From: Alphaproteobacteria bacterium
GTDB lineage: Bacteria; Pseudomonadota; Alphaproteobacteria; MPNO01; UBA830
Reading direction: 5' to 3'
Length of the DNA: 64,000 nucleotides
NCBI GenBank assembly: GCA_964291215.2
Contig: OZ219791.1
Location: 1,248,001-1,312,000, forward strand
Each line of letters begins with the position of its first letter. Position 1 is the stretch's first letter. Shown one piece after another: positions 21,581-35,098 of this stretch. Made by a program: the position numbers and the translations under genes. Under the pieces are notes generated by a model. The model was given only the letters and a program-made list of their open reading frames with translations. It did not search any database and was not told where the DNA came from.

Positions 21581-21979
21581 TCACGGCAGGGCGCCAGCGG
21601 CGCTGCGCTGCCGTGGCAACGAGGCGAGGAACCGGCTCCGCGACACCAGCATGCGCTCGTGGGTGCCGTGCGCGATTTCGCGGGTGCCGGCGCGGGCAAA
21701 GACGTTGAACGTGATGCGCCGGCCTGCGACGGCGGTGATGACCGCCTCGCAGTGCAGGGACTCCCCGGCCGCGGCGTCACCCCAGAACCAGATGTCGTTG
21801 GAGTGTCCGACGCTGGCATCGTCGGCGGCGTAGTGCGGCGCCAGGACGTTGTGGCACGCCATCTCGCAGAACAGGTGCAGGGTCATCGTCGGCAGCAAGC
21901 CATCCACGAGGTCGCTTCCTTCGAGCTTGCGCGACTTGCTGGCGGTCATCCCGACGGTGTATTCGGGCCAGCCGCTCAC
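21581..21979 (-). CDS. FlK-like hot-dog fold thioesterase
   Basis: L..FCEMAC, SVG, GRRITFNV.A..EIAHGTHER. GTG start overlaps the upstream TGA. Confidence 0.7.
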   Translation of the reverse strand: MSGWPEYTVGMTASKSRKLEGSDLVDGLLPTMTLHLFCEMACHNVLAPHYAADDASVGHSNDIWFWGDAAAGESLHCEAVITAVAGRRITFNVFARAGTREIAHGTHERMLVSRSRFLASLPRQRSAAGALP

Positions 21980-22320
21980 GGATCGAGGACCCGTATGACC
22001 TGGCCGGACACGATGGTGCGGCGCGAATCCTCGCCCTCGATCTCGAACACCAGGCGACCGCCGTCGGTTTCCGCAAGACGCGCGCACACCTCCACCGTGT
22101 CGCCGACCGGGGTTGCGGCGAGATGGCGGATGTCGACCCGCATCCGCCTCGTGGGTTCGGCGCCGGCGCGCTCGCAGGCGTCCTTTGCTGCCCGGTCGCA
22201 GAACTCGGCGAGAACCGGCGTGGCGAGGACATGTATGTCGGGATTGCCGAGCGCGTGCGCGGTATCGGGCTCCTCGACCCGCGACCGCCACGTGCCGACC
22301 TGTCCGCGATCCAGACTCAT
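21976..22320 (-). CDS. FlK-like hot-dog fold thioesterase
   Basis: DTAHALG..VLATP, HLAATPVG, GRLVFEI. Confidence 0.75.
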   Translation of the reverse strand: MSLDRGQVGTWRSRVEEPDTAHALGNPDIHVLATPVLAEFCDRAAKDACERAGAEPTRRMRVDIRHLAATPVGDTVEVCARLAETDGGRLVFEIEGEDSRRTIVSGQVIRVLDP

Positions 22321-23339
22321 GGCCGCTGATAGCGGATCAGCCCGTCCGTGCTTCTCCGGCGGTGAAGCCGGCCGGCGCTGACCAGGCGGTTGAGGTGGGC
22401 AAGCGTCTCGCCGATCGCGAAGCTGTAATCGTCGGGGGCGATGTCACGGTCGAACAGGAACGGAATGACCTCGTCGGCCGTCCGCGGTTCGGCGCAGACC
22501 GCAAGCGCGGTCTCGAGCCGCGCCTCGTGATGGTCGCGCAGTTCCGCGATGCGGCCATGAATGCCGTGAAAGGGATAGCCGTGAGACGGCAGCACCAGCG
22601 TCCGGTCCGAGATGGCGCCGAACTTGGCGAAGCTCTCCAGATAGTCGCCGAGCGGATCGCCCTCCGGCTCGGTGTACCAGAGGCTGATGTTCGACGTGAT
22701 CCGGGGCAATATCTGGTCGCCGGAGATCAGGATGTCGAGTCCGGCGCACCACAGCGACGCGTGTTCGTGGGTGTGGCCGCCGGCAGTGATGACGCGCCAG
22801 GAATGATCGCCGATCAGGATGTCTTCGCCGTCCCTGATCCGCCGGACGGTCTGCGGAATGCTGTGCCAGGGCTCGTCGAGGCGGTTGAGGAAGGTCCTGA
22901 AACCGTCCGTCTTCTGCGCCGATGCGCCGTTTTCGACGAAAAACTCGTCCCAGCGCTCGAAGTCATGGGTGAGCTGGCGTGACCGCGCAAGGTGGGCTTG
23001 GAGCCATTCCGAATAGGTCATCCACAGCGACGCCCCGAACTCGGCTGCAAACCAGCCCGCCAGCCCCATGTGATCGGGATGGAAATGGGAGCAGATCACG
23101 CGCGCCGCCGCGCCGCCGCCGGCAATTTCGCCCAGCACCCGCTTCCAGATGCCGCGGGTTGCGGCGCTGTTGTAGCCGGCGTCGATGACCGTCCAGCCGT
23201 CGCCGTCGGCGAGCAGCCACAGGTTGATGTGGTCGAGCGCGAACGGTAGCGGCATGCGGATCCAGTGGACGCCGTCGACGACCTCGAGTGTCTGGCCGTC
23301 TTCCAGCCGGGGGAACGGGTAGTCGGGTTGGTAGGCCAT
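22317..23339 (-). CDS. MBL-fold metallo-hydrolase
   Basis: PLPFALDHIN, SHFHPDHMG, GGHT..H, SGDQILP, PSHG. Confidence 0.9.
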   Translation of the reverse strand: MAYQPDYPFPRLEDGQTLEVVDGVHWIRMPLPFALDHINLWLLADGDGWTVIDAGYNSAATRGIWKRVLGEIAGGGAAARVICSHFHPDHMGLAGWFAAEFGASLWMTYSEWLQAHLARSRQLTHDFERWDEFFVENGASAQKTDGFRTFLNRLDEPWHSIPQTVRRIRDGEDILIGDHSWRVITAGGHTHEHASLWCAGLDILISGDQILPRITSNISLWYTEPEGDPLGDYLESFAKFGAISDRTLVLPSHGYPFHGIHGRIAELRDHHEARLETALAVCAEPRTADEVIPFLFDRDIAPDDYSFAIGETLAHLNRLVSAGRLHRRRSTDGLIRYQRP

Positions 23340-23346
23340 GCTCCGG

Positions 23347-24186
23347 TCAGTCTCGCGGGGCGCCGGACACTGCCGTCGCTCCAGATTCGCCACAATTCGG
23401 AATGAGAAACTCGCGTATGCGCTTGATGATGTGTACAGCATCTTCGAGATGCGGGAAATGTCCGAGCCCGTCGATGAGGTCGATCTCGGCATGCCCCACC
23501 GCCGCCGCGATGCTCTCGAGCTGGCTCGGAAGCCCGTAGGCGTCCTCGGTTCCCTGGATGGCGAGAAGCGGCACCCTGATCGACGAGATCTCGTCTCCGA
23601 TGTCCCAGTCGTCATAGAGCGTGCGCTGCCACGTCTTCGCCCAGAGCAGAATCAGGTGCCGTGCGCGGTCGCCGTGGAACCGCGGCATCCAGTCGGGAAT
23701 GTCGCCGTCCTCGGCCATCTTCTGGTGGCGCAGCACCTGTCCGAGGGTCAAGCTGTCGCGCCGGACATGGGCGGCGAGGGTCACGATCGCACGCACCCGC
23801 CCGTGATGCCGCGCGCCGTGCAGCAGCGCCACCGTGCCGCCGTCGGAATGGCCGACGAGGCAGCAATCGGCGATTCCGGCGGCGTCGAGGACGCTTTCGA
23901 GCCGGTCCGCCTCGGCGCCCATGAAGTCGTCGGGGAAGTCGCCGACCTCGTCCGAGCGTCCATAGCCGAGCCGGTCATAGGCGAAGGCGGGAAGGTCGAG
24001 GGCCGCGCTGAGGCGCGCGGGAAATTTCCTGAGCGTCCCGATGCTGCCGAGCCCGTCATGAAGGAACACCAGGACCGGCCGCCGCCCGGCGCGCGGCCCG
24101 TGCCAGGCGCCGAAGATGCGGTGGCCGCCGACGTCGAGCCGGACGGTTTCCGGACTTTCGCTGGACGGGCTGGAAGTTGCGGGCAT
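23347..24186 (-). CDS. Alpha/beta hydrolase
   Basis: FLHDGLGS, YDRLGYG, GHSDGG nucleophile elbow, GHFPH. Confidence 0.88.
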   Translation of the reverse strand: MPATSSPSSESPETVRLDVGGHRIFGAWHGPRAGRRPVLVFLHDGLGSIGTLRKFPARLSAALDLPAFAYDRLGYGRSDEVGDFPDDFMGAEADRLESVLDAAGIADCCLVGHSDGGTVALLHGARHHGRVRAIVTLAAHVRRDSLTLGQVLRHQKMAEDGDIPDWMPRFHGDRARHLILLWAKTWQRTLYDDWDIGDEISSIRVPLLAIQGTEDAYGLPSQLESIAAAVGHAEIDLIDGLGHFPHLEDAVHIIKRIREFLIPNCGESGATAVSGAPRD

Positions 24187-24207
24187 TGGCAGGCTTGGCT
24201 GGCACGG

Positions 24208-25185
24208 TCAGCTGTAGCAGCCGGCCTCGCGGGCGCGCTGCCGGATCAGGGCAAGGACGGCGTCTATCGACGGGGTCTCGATACCGGTCATCCGCCCCAT
24301 TTCCTGGACCGCGGTCACCAGTGCGTCGATCTCCATCGGCCGCCCGCGCTCGAGATCCTGGAGCATCGATGTCTTGTGGGCGCCGACCTCGACCGCTCCC
24401 CTGATCCGGTGGTCGACATCGACCGAGAACCGGACGCCGAGGGCCTCACCGATGTTCTGCGCCTCGCGCATCATGCACCGCGCCACCTCGCGGGTGCCGG
24501 CGTCGGTACCGATGGTCTCGAGCGTGGCCCCGGTGAGTGCGCTGATCGGGTTGAAGGACAGGTTGCCCCACAGCTTGATCCAGATCTCGTTGCGGATCTG
24601 CGGCCGCACCGGCGCCTTGAAGCCGGCAGCGATCAGGAGCTCCGACAGCTGCCGGACGCGCGGCGTCCGCTCGCCGGACGGCTCGCCGAGCGAGAACCGG
24701 TTGCCCTCGACATGCCTGATTACCCCGGGCTCGATGACCTCGGCGGCCGGATAGACGACACAGCCGATCATGCGCTCGGGGCCGAGCCTGTCCCACAGCG
24801 CACCGTCGGGGTCGAGGCAGCTGATGCGGCAGTCGCGAAAGGCGCCGTCGAGGCCGTAGAAATACCACCACGGGACCCCGTTCACGCCCCACACCACCGC
24901 GGTTTGCTCATCGAAGAGCTCCGCGATCCGGTCCGCGACCGGCGGCACGGAGTGCGCCTTCAGGGTGACAAACACGTAGTCCTGCGGTCCGGCCTCCGCG
25001 GGATCCTCGAATGCCGAAACCGGCACCTGCTCGCGCTCCTCACCGGAGACCAGGACAAGGCCGCCCGCCTGCATGGCCTCGAGATGCGGCCCCCGCGCGA
25101 TCAGGGTTACCTTGGCGCCGTGGCGCGCCAGCCCGGCGCCGAGATAGCCGCCGATGGCGCCGGCGCCATAGATGCAGATGCGCAC
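24208..25185 (-). CDS. 2-dehydropantoate reductase family, probable oxalyl-CoA reductase
   Basis: GAGAIGG, NGVPWWYF, IWIKLWGN, HKTSMLQD; adjacent to oxalate-CoA ligase-like gene. Confidence 0.8.
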   Translation of the reverse strand: MRICIYGAGAIGGYLGAGLARHGAKVTLIARGPHLEAMQAGGLVLVSGEEREQVPVSAFEDPAEAGPQDYVFVTLKAHSVPPVADRIAELFDEQTAVVWGVNGVPWWYFYGLDGAFRDCRISCLDPDGALWDRLGPERMIGCVVYPAAEVIEPGVIRHVEGNRFSLGEPSGERTPRVRQLSELLIAAGFKAPVRPQIRNEIWIKLWGNLSFNPISALTGATLETIGTDAGTREVARCMMREAQNIGEALGVRFSVDVDHRIRGAVEVGAHKTSMLQDLERGRPMEIDALVTAVQEMGRMTGIETPSIDAVLALIRQRAREAGCYS

Positions 25186-25194
25186 CGGCCGCCC

Positions 25195-26719
<1,525 letters not shown>

Positions 26720-26727
<8 letters not shown>

Positions 26728-28900
26728 GCCCGGCCTCCGCCTTGGCTTCCTTTCGCCGACGGTGCAACACCGGTTCTGTATAGCCGTTTGGCTGTTCGGT
26801 ACCCCTGAAGACCAGATCGCAGGCGGCCCGGAAGGCGATGCTGGCGTCGAAGTCCGGCGCCATGTTCCGGTAGGCGGGGTCGCCGGCGTTCTGGCGGTCG
26901 ACCACGGCCGCCATGCGCTTGAGGGTCCGGCGCACCTCGTCCTCGCTGCACACGCCGTGGTGAAGCCAGTTGGCGATGTGCTGGCTGGAGATGCGCAGCG
27001 TCGCCCGGTCCTCCATCAGCCCGACATCGTTGATGTCCGGCACCTTGGAGCAGCCGATGCCCTGTTCGACCCACCGCACGACATAGCCGAGGATCCCCTG
27101 GGCGTTGTTCTCGAGTTCGCGGCGGATGTCGTCGGGCGACCAGTTCGGCCGGTCGGCGACCGGCAGCGTCAGTATGTCGTCGAGGCTGGCGCGCTTCCGC
27201 TTCACGAGTTCGTTCTGGCGTGCGAACACATCGACCTTGTGGTAATGGATGGCGTGGAGCGTCGCCGCCGTCGGCGACGGCACCCAGGCGGTGTTCGCGC
27301 CCGCCTCGGGGTGTCCGATCTTCTGGCTGAGCATGTCCGCCATCAGGTCCGGCATCGCCCACATGCCCTTGCCGATCTGGGCGCGGCCTTGCAGGCCGCA
27401 CTCCAGTCCGATATCGACGTTCCAGTCCTCGTAGGCGCGGATCCAGGCGGATGCCTTCATGTCGACCTTGCGAATCATCGGGCCGGCTCCCATGGATGTG
27501 TGCATCTCGTCGCCGGTGCGGTCGAGGAAGCCGGTATTGATGAAGGCGACGCGATTCCGGGCGGCGCGTATGCACTCCTTGAGATTGACCGTCGTGCGCC
27601 GTTCCTCGTCCATGATTCCCATCTTGAGGGTGTTGGGCTCGAGTCCGAGCCGTTCCTCGATGCGCCCGAACAGGTCGGTGGCGAACGCGACCTCTTCGGG
27701 ACCGTGCATCTTCGGCTTGACGATGTATATCGAGCCGGCCCGGGAATTGCGGCCGGCGGCAGGGCCCCGGATGTCGTGGCTGGCTATCAGCGAGGTGACG
27801 ACGCCGTCGAGGATGCCTTCCGGTATCTCGTTGCCGTCGCCGTCGAGCACGGCGTCGATGGTCATCAGGTGGCCGACATTGCGGATCAGCATGAGGCTGC
27901 GTCCGGGAAGCGTGATCTCACCGCCATCGGGCGCACGGTATACGCGGTCGGGCGCCAGTGTCCGGTTGACCGTCCTGCCGCCCTTCTCGAAGTTCTCCGC
28001 AAGATTGCCCTTCACCAGCCCCAGCCAGTTGCAGTAGGCCTGCACCTTGTCCTCGGCGTCCACCGTGGCCACCGAATCCTCGCAGTCCATGATCGTGGTC
28101 ACCGCGGCTTCCAGGGTTACGTCGGAGACGCCGGCGGCGTCGTCCGCTCCGACCGGGTGCTGGCGGTCGATGCGTATCTCGACATGGAGTTCGTTGTTGA
28201 CGAGCAGGATCGCGGACGGCTCCTCGGGCGTCCCCTGGTATCCGGCGAGCCGGCCGGGGTCGGCGAGGCCCGCCGATCCGCCGCCGGCGAGCGACACCGA
28301 CAGGGCGCCGCTGTCGAGGGAATAGCCGGTGGCGTCGCGGTGCGAACCGCCGGCGAGCGGCGCGGCCTCGTCCAGGAAGCCACGCGCGAACGCGATGACG
28401 TGCGCACCGCGCGCGGGATTGTAGGCGCTGCTGCGTTCAGCGCCGCCATCCTCGGGGATCACATCGGTGCCGTAGAGCGCGTCGTAGAGGCTGCCCCACC
28501 GCGCGTTCGCAGCGTTGAGGGCATAGCGGGCATTGGTTACCGGGACGACGAGTTGCGGCCCCGGGACCGCCGATATCTCGGCGTCGATGTTGGCGGTGCC
28601 GATGGTGAACGCGTCGCCTTCGGGGACAAGGTATCCGATGTCCACGAGAAACGCCTTGTATTCGTCCGGGTCGAACAGACCGCCCTTGCGTTCGCGGTGC
28701 CAGGCGTCGATCTGCTCTTGGAGGCGGTCGCGACGGGCCAGTAATTCCCGGTTCCGCGGGGCGAACTCCGCCAGGATGTCTTCGAACGAGGCCCAGAAAG
28801 CCTCCGGTTCGATGCCGGTCCCGGGCAGGGCCTCGGCATTGACGAAGTCGTAGAGCGCCCGGTCCACTCTCAGCGTTCCCGTTTCGATGCGTTCGATCAT
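26720..28900 (-). CDS. glcB: Malate synthase G
   Basis: [64 protein letters not shown]. Confidence 0.97.
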
Positions 28901-29143
28901 GGCGTGTTCCCTGTCGAAATGGGTCTTGTCCGCAACTCTGCTCGGACTGCAGAGTCGCAAGCCAGCCGTCGACGGCAGCGGCTCCGCGCTGCCTTCCGCG
29001 CTGTCGGCACCGGTTTCCGGCGAGCCCGGATCCGTTGCGCCGGATCCGGCGACAGCTTAGGCGATAGCCGGGCCGTTCACAACGCGCCGCGGCCTCCGGC
29101 GACGCGCGCGGACCGTACGTTCGGGGCTGCGACGGTAGCATGA

Positions 29144-30430
<1,287 letters not shown>

Positions 30431-31658
30431 GGATTCTCGCCAAAATAGATTGTTTTTTGATGTGGATCTGCTATCTAATGTGTCATGGAAGCGATAGTCG
30501 ATACGCTGCGATCCAAATTTGTGGTGTTGCGTCCGGTTCTGAACGAACGTGCGCGGCGCCTGTAGGCGGCGACGGAGGCCCGTGCCATCGGGCGCGGAGG
30601 CATTGCGCGAGTGGCTGAGGCGACGGGGATGTCGCGCAGCACCGTTCGCGCCGGGCTGAAGGAGCTTGATTCGGAATCTTCGAGTGAGATTCCTTCAGGA
30701 CGTTTGCGTCGCCCCGGCGGCGGGCGCAAGCGGGTGGCGGATGTGGATCCGGGTTTGGTGGCGGCGCTGGAGCGCGAGCTTGAACCGATGACGCGCGGCG
30801 ATCCGGAGAGTCCGCTGCGGTGTCACAGTGCCGCACGGCTGGCGGACCGTCTTGCGGTCGAGGGCCACCGCGTCAGCGAGCGCACGGTGAACCGGCTGCT
30901 CCACGATCTGGGGTACAGCCTCCAGGCCAATCGCAAGACGCTGGAAGGCCGCCAGCCCGGGATGCGCAGTTCCGACGCGCCGGGTGCGCGCGTTCCAGAG
31001 GCTGGGCCAGCCTGTGGTGACACGAAGAAGAAGGAAATCCAGTACCGCAATGGCGGCCGGGCCCCAAGGGCGACCCTGAAGCCGTCAACGTGCATGACTT
31101 CCCCAATCCAGAGCTCGGCAAGGCGATCCCCTACGGGGTCTACGATCTCACCGCCAACGCCGGCTGGGTCAGCGTCGGACACGACACGGCGGCGTTCGCG
31201 GTTGAGACCCTGCGCCGCTGGTGGCGGCAGATGGGCCGGCTGCTCTATCCCGATGCCAAGCGCCTGCTGATCACCGCCGACGGCTCCAACAACAGCCGCA
31301 ACCGGCTGTGGAAGCTGCAGCACCTCGCCGACGAACTCGGGTTGAAGGTGTCGGTGGCCCACTTCCCGCCCGGAACCAGCAAGTGGAACAAGATCGAGCA
31401 CCGGATGTTCTGCCATATCACCCAGAACTGGCGCGGCCGGCCCCTCGTCAGCTACCAGGTGATCGTCAAGCTGATCGCCGCGACCACCACCGGCCTCACC
31501 ATACGCTCGGACCTCGACGAGAACAGCTATCCGCTCGGGGTCAAGGTCAGCGACGATGAGATGGACGGCCTCGCCATCCGCAGAGACCCGTTCCACGGCG
31601 AGTGGAACTACACCCTCACGCCACGGACATAACGAACATATTATTTTGGCGAGAGTCC
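30431..31658 (+). mobile_element. ISAzo13-family element, transposase pseudogenised
   Basis: TIR GGATTCTCGCCAAAATA / TATTTTGGCGAGAGTCC; TAA TSD at 30428-30430 and 31659-31661. TRGDPESPL, DTKKKE, PPGTSKWNKIEHR motifs; TAG at 30563 and frameshifts. Confidence 0.92.
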
Positions 31659-31720
31659 TAACCGCGGAGCCCGCCGAACCGCCGCCGCGGACGGCGTGAT
31701 GACGGAGCCTGAGGTTGTCG

Positions 31721-32096
31721 ATGACTGACCCGGCGCTGCTGTCGGCCACGCGTCTCGCGGGCCAGCTCTGCCGCCGCACCATCGGCTACCTGGAGCTATT
31801 TGAGCATTACCTGGACCGGGTCGAACGCTTCAATCCGGAACTGAACGCGATCATAGCGACCGACATCCCACGCGCACGCCGCCGCCCGCGCGCGGCGGAC
31901 CGGGCGCTTGCGAAGGGCGACGTGTGGGGGCCGCTGCACGGCCTTCCGATGACCGTGAAGGACTCCTTCGATGTCGCCGGGCTGCCCACAACATGGGGCG
32001 TGCCGGCAGAGCGCGGCAATATCGCCGCTGCCGACGCGCTTTCCGTGAAACGCCTGCGCGACGCCGGCGCCGTCATCTTCGGCAAGACCAACGTGC
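31721..32096 (+). pseudogene. Amidase, N-terminal fragment
   Basis: NPELNAI, GPLHGLPMTVKD, AGAVIFGKTNVP, then abrupt switch to IS-end sequence. Confidence 0.85.
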
Positions 32097-32237
32097 CGCC
32101 CACAACCCGAAAACAACCCGCCCACGCGCCGATAACGCCGCCGGCGACGACCGCGGACGGCCCCAAAGCCAGAAAACCCGGCACGCTGTGAAACCTCCAG
32201 ACAGCAGAAGACAGCAAAATTGAATGCAGCGTGGGAA
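32097..32237 (+). repeat. 3' end of ISAs1-like element related to MITE family A
   Basis: Near-identical to 63860-64000 (GACGACCGCGGACGGCCCC..GCCAGAAAACCCGGCAC..GAATGCAGCGTGGG). Confidence 0.8.
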
Positions 32238-32329
32238 CCACTTGCAAGATTTTCGGTGCCGGTCGACACTGCGGGGCGGCGGCCCTAATGCTCCGAAGGA
32301 CCGAGGGCAAGCCGATGGAGCCGGGTGGT

Positions 32330-32963
32330 GAGCAAACGAATCGCGCGGGTACGCATTGAGCTTCAGGAACTTGAGCCCACGATTTGGCGGCGGATCGACA
32401 TGCCGCTGTCGGCGACGCTGGAGGTCCTGCACGAGGCCATTCAAATGACCATGGGCTGGACATTCTCGCACCTGTGAGAGTTCGAGACCGGCCACCGCAG
32501 CTAAGGCGATCCGTCGTTTCGCGAGTTCGACGACGAGCCGGTGGTTTACAGGGCGAAGGGGTTGCGGCTGGGTACCGTGATTGCACGCGGTGCGGACCGG
32601 TTCGTCTATGTCTACGACTACGGTGACAACTGGCGCCATGACGTGATCGTCGAAGAGGTTCGCGACGGCGATCCGAACATGGAATATCCGGTGTTCGTGG
32701 ATGGGAACCGACGCTGTCCGACGGAGGATGTCGGCGGGCCGGGAGGCTTCATGGATTTTCTGGAGGCGATACTCGATTCGACGCACGAGGAGCACCGGGC
32801 GATGCTCGACTGGCACCGGGCGATGCTCGACTGATACGACGGGCCGTTCGATCCGTTCGGCTTCGACGAAGCGCGAGCCCATCTCGGCATGGAGAACATG
32901 GCGCGGCGTCGGCACGGTTTGTTCGCCAGCCACAAGAGCGGGGCGCGACATCCCAACTTTTGA
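32330..32963 (+). pseudogene. pRiA4b ORF-3 / IS1096 passenger TnpR-like protein
   Basis: LHEAIQMTMGWTFSHL*EF, FVYVYDYGDNWRHDV, RCPTEDVGG..G motifs; in-frame stops and a 21-bp duplication. Confidence 0.8.
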
Positions 32964-33028
32964 GTCCGAGGGCCCCCATCTGTCGCCAGCGGTCGCGCGT
33001 CGGGGGCGTTCGCAGACACCGGATCGTA

Positions 33029-34732
33029 TCAGCGGACACCGAGCCCGAAATCGGCGTTGCCGCCCGCCGGCTCGAACTTCGAAAAGAATTCGGCGACGAC
33101 CGCGCTATCGCCCTTGAGGGAAACCGCGCCGCTCTCGATTCCCTCCTCGAAACTCGGACCGCCGCCTGCCCAGGCGCTCAGGAACTGCCGCGGGAACGTC
33201 AGCGATGCGTCGCAGTTTTCGGGCGCCGTCTCGTGGAACTGGCAGACGCCACGCCGGATTTCCAGCGCGAACGACTCCTGCATGTCGGTCGTCGTGAAGC
33301 CGAGGATGATTCGGGTTTCCATGCACTCTTCGGCCTTGAGGCGGACGGTCAGCAGTTCGAGCAATCCGCCCATCGGATAGTTGCGCGCCCGGTTGGGCTG
33401 GATTCGGTGACCCCCGCGCTGCTCGCCCAAGCGATCCTCCAGCTCGAGCGCCTGACACAGCGCCCAGTTGCGCCAGGTGCTCGTCTTCTGCCTGTAGCCC
33501 CAGGCCCGGAGTGCCGTCGCCTTCACGGCTCTCGCTTCCGTATCGGTGTTGTCCGCCCGCACTGCCCAGGTGGCGATGTCGGCCGCCCACTGAAACTCCT
33601 CGTCCTCGATCGCCTTCCTCGCTTCGGCGAGCACGGCATCGCGCCCGCCCATCGCGCGGACGTAGCGCTCGGCCCGTTCGCGCCAGGGCAGCGGGTCCAG
33701 TTCCACCGCGTCGCCCTGGAACCAGCCGACATAGCCCGCATAGACGCTCCGGACCGAATGCTTGTAGCTGCCGTAGAACTCGCCCAACCACGGATGCGAG
33801 GCGAGGTGCGGCGGCATCGTCACCTTTTCCGCCAACTCGTCCCAAGTGCATCCCCTGTTAATCCAGCGTACGGCCTGGTCGTGCAGGTACTGGATCGCAT
33901 CCCGGTGCGCGATCAGCACATCCTCGACGGCGTCCGTGCCTTCCACCGTGGGCCCGTGATGGGGGATCAGGATCTCGGCCTTGAACGCGCGCAACCGGTC
34001 GATCCCCTTGGCCCATTGCATGGGGTTTCGATATTGCGTGCCGCGAAGCGCGTAAACGTTGGGAAACGTCATGCCCTGGATGGCGTCGGCGGAGATCAGC
34101 ACCTTCTCGTCGGGCAGCCAGACGACGCACTGATCATCGGTTTCGCTGGGCACATGCATGATGTGCAACCGAATGCCCGCGATCTCGACTTCGAGCCTGT
34201 CCTCGAAGGTTCGGGTCGGATTCGCGAAGCCCGCCTTGCCGCGCCGAGGCGGAGCGCCGATCGCGCTGCCGAAGGAGCCGGTTTCGCCGAACTCCAAATG
34301 CCCGCCGAACTGATAGGGACCGCGGCGACGCCGGATGGGCGCGAGAATGCCCTCGTCGCGCAACAGGTTGTCGGTCAGGTCGGACTGGGTGATAACCTCC
34401 ACCTTGCCGGCCCGAATGTCCTCTTCGGAAACGAAGCTGAAGATGCCGCTGACGTGGTCTCCATGAAAATGGGTGACGATCACAGCCTCGATGGGAAGGT
34501 CAGTGATCTCCCGGAAAGCGGCCGCGGCTTCATCGCCGGGGAGTTCGCCGCTCAGCGTATCGACGAGGACACAGCCATCCATGCCCACGATGAGCGTGCA
34601 GTTCGATCCCGTGTAGCAGTGCGCCGTATGAATGTAGCCCCTCGTCGTGATTATCCGCGGCGTGTCATAGAGCACCATCTGGGCAGCAAGATCGGGATGT
34701 ACCCCCGGTTCGGCAACATCTCTTGGCGGCAT
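33029..34732 (-). CDS. Alkyl/aryl sulfatase (SdsA1/BDS1-like MBL fold with dimerisation and SCP2 domains)
   Basis: THFHGDH, PSETDD, FPNVYALRG, YLHDQAVR.IN.G, FYGS, YVGWF.G. Start uncertain. Confidence 0.88.
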   Translation of the reverse strand: MPPRDVAEPGVHPDLAAQMVLYDTPRIITTRGYIHTAHCYTGSNCTLIVGMDGCVLVDTLSGELPGDEAAAAFREITDLPIEAVIVTHFHGDHVSGIFSFVSEEDIRAGKVEVITQSDLTDNLLRDEGILAPIRRRRGPYQFGGHLEFGETGSFGSAIGAPPRRGKAGFANPTRTFEDRLEVEIAGIRLHIMHVPSETDDQCVVWLPDEKVLISADAIQGMTFPNVYALRGTQYRNPMQWAKGIDRLRAFKAEILIPHHGPTVEGTDAVEDVLIAHRDAIQYLHDQAVRWINRGCTWDELAEKVTMPPHLASHPWLGEFYGSYKHSVRSVYAGYVGWFQGDAVELDPLPWRERAERYVRAMGGRDAVLAEARKAIEDEEFQWAADIATWAVRADNTDTEARAVKATALRAWGYRQKTSTWRNWALCQALELEDRLGEQRGGHRIQPNRARNYPMGGLLELLTVRLKAEECMETRIILGFTTTDMQESFALEIRRGVCQFHETAPENCDASLTFPRQFLSAWAGGGPSFEEGIESGAVSLKGDSAVVAEFFSKFEPAGGNADFGLGVR

Positions 34733-34800
34733 CGACCTACTCCCGAGCGGATTTAGAGGGAAGATTAGCATAGGTGCACGGACGCGCAAAGTATATATTC

Positions 34801-35098
34801 GTAAGCGTTGTTCGTGCGGTGATGACGGTTTGCGCTGAGGTTTATTTGACGCTTGCAAGAAGGGGGGGCTGATAATTTGAATTCGGCTGTGCTATCAGGT
34901 TGTGCACAGTCATGTGCATCGAGGGTTTCATGTCATCATCGGGTGCGGACGCCGCTGACGATGTGCTGCAGTCGTCGTGTTGTGATTCGGTTATCTGGAA
35001 ATCCCTGTACGATCGCGAGCGTATTCGAGCCCGGGTGGCGGAAGCCCGCGCGGCGGCTGCAGAGGGTCGCTATGAGGAGTTGCGCTTGCAGGCGGTGG
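34801..35098 (+). mobile_element. IS66-like left end and transposase N-terminal fragment
   Basis: GTAAGCG start; coiled-coil-like LYDRERIRARVAEARAAAAEGRYEELR continues after the intron as ERSRANSL. Confidence 0.55.
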
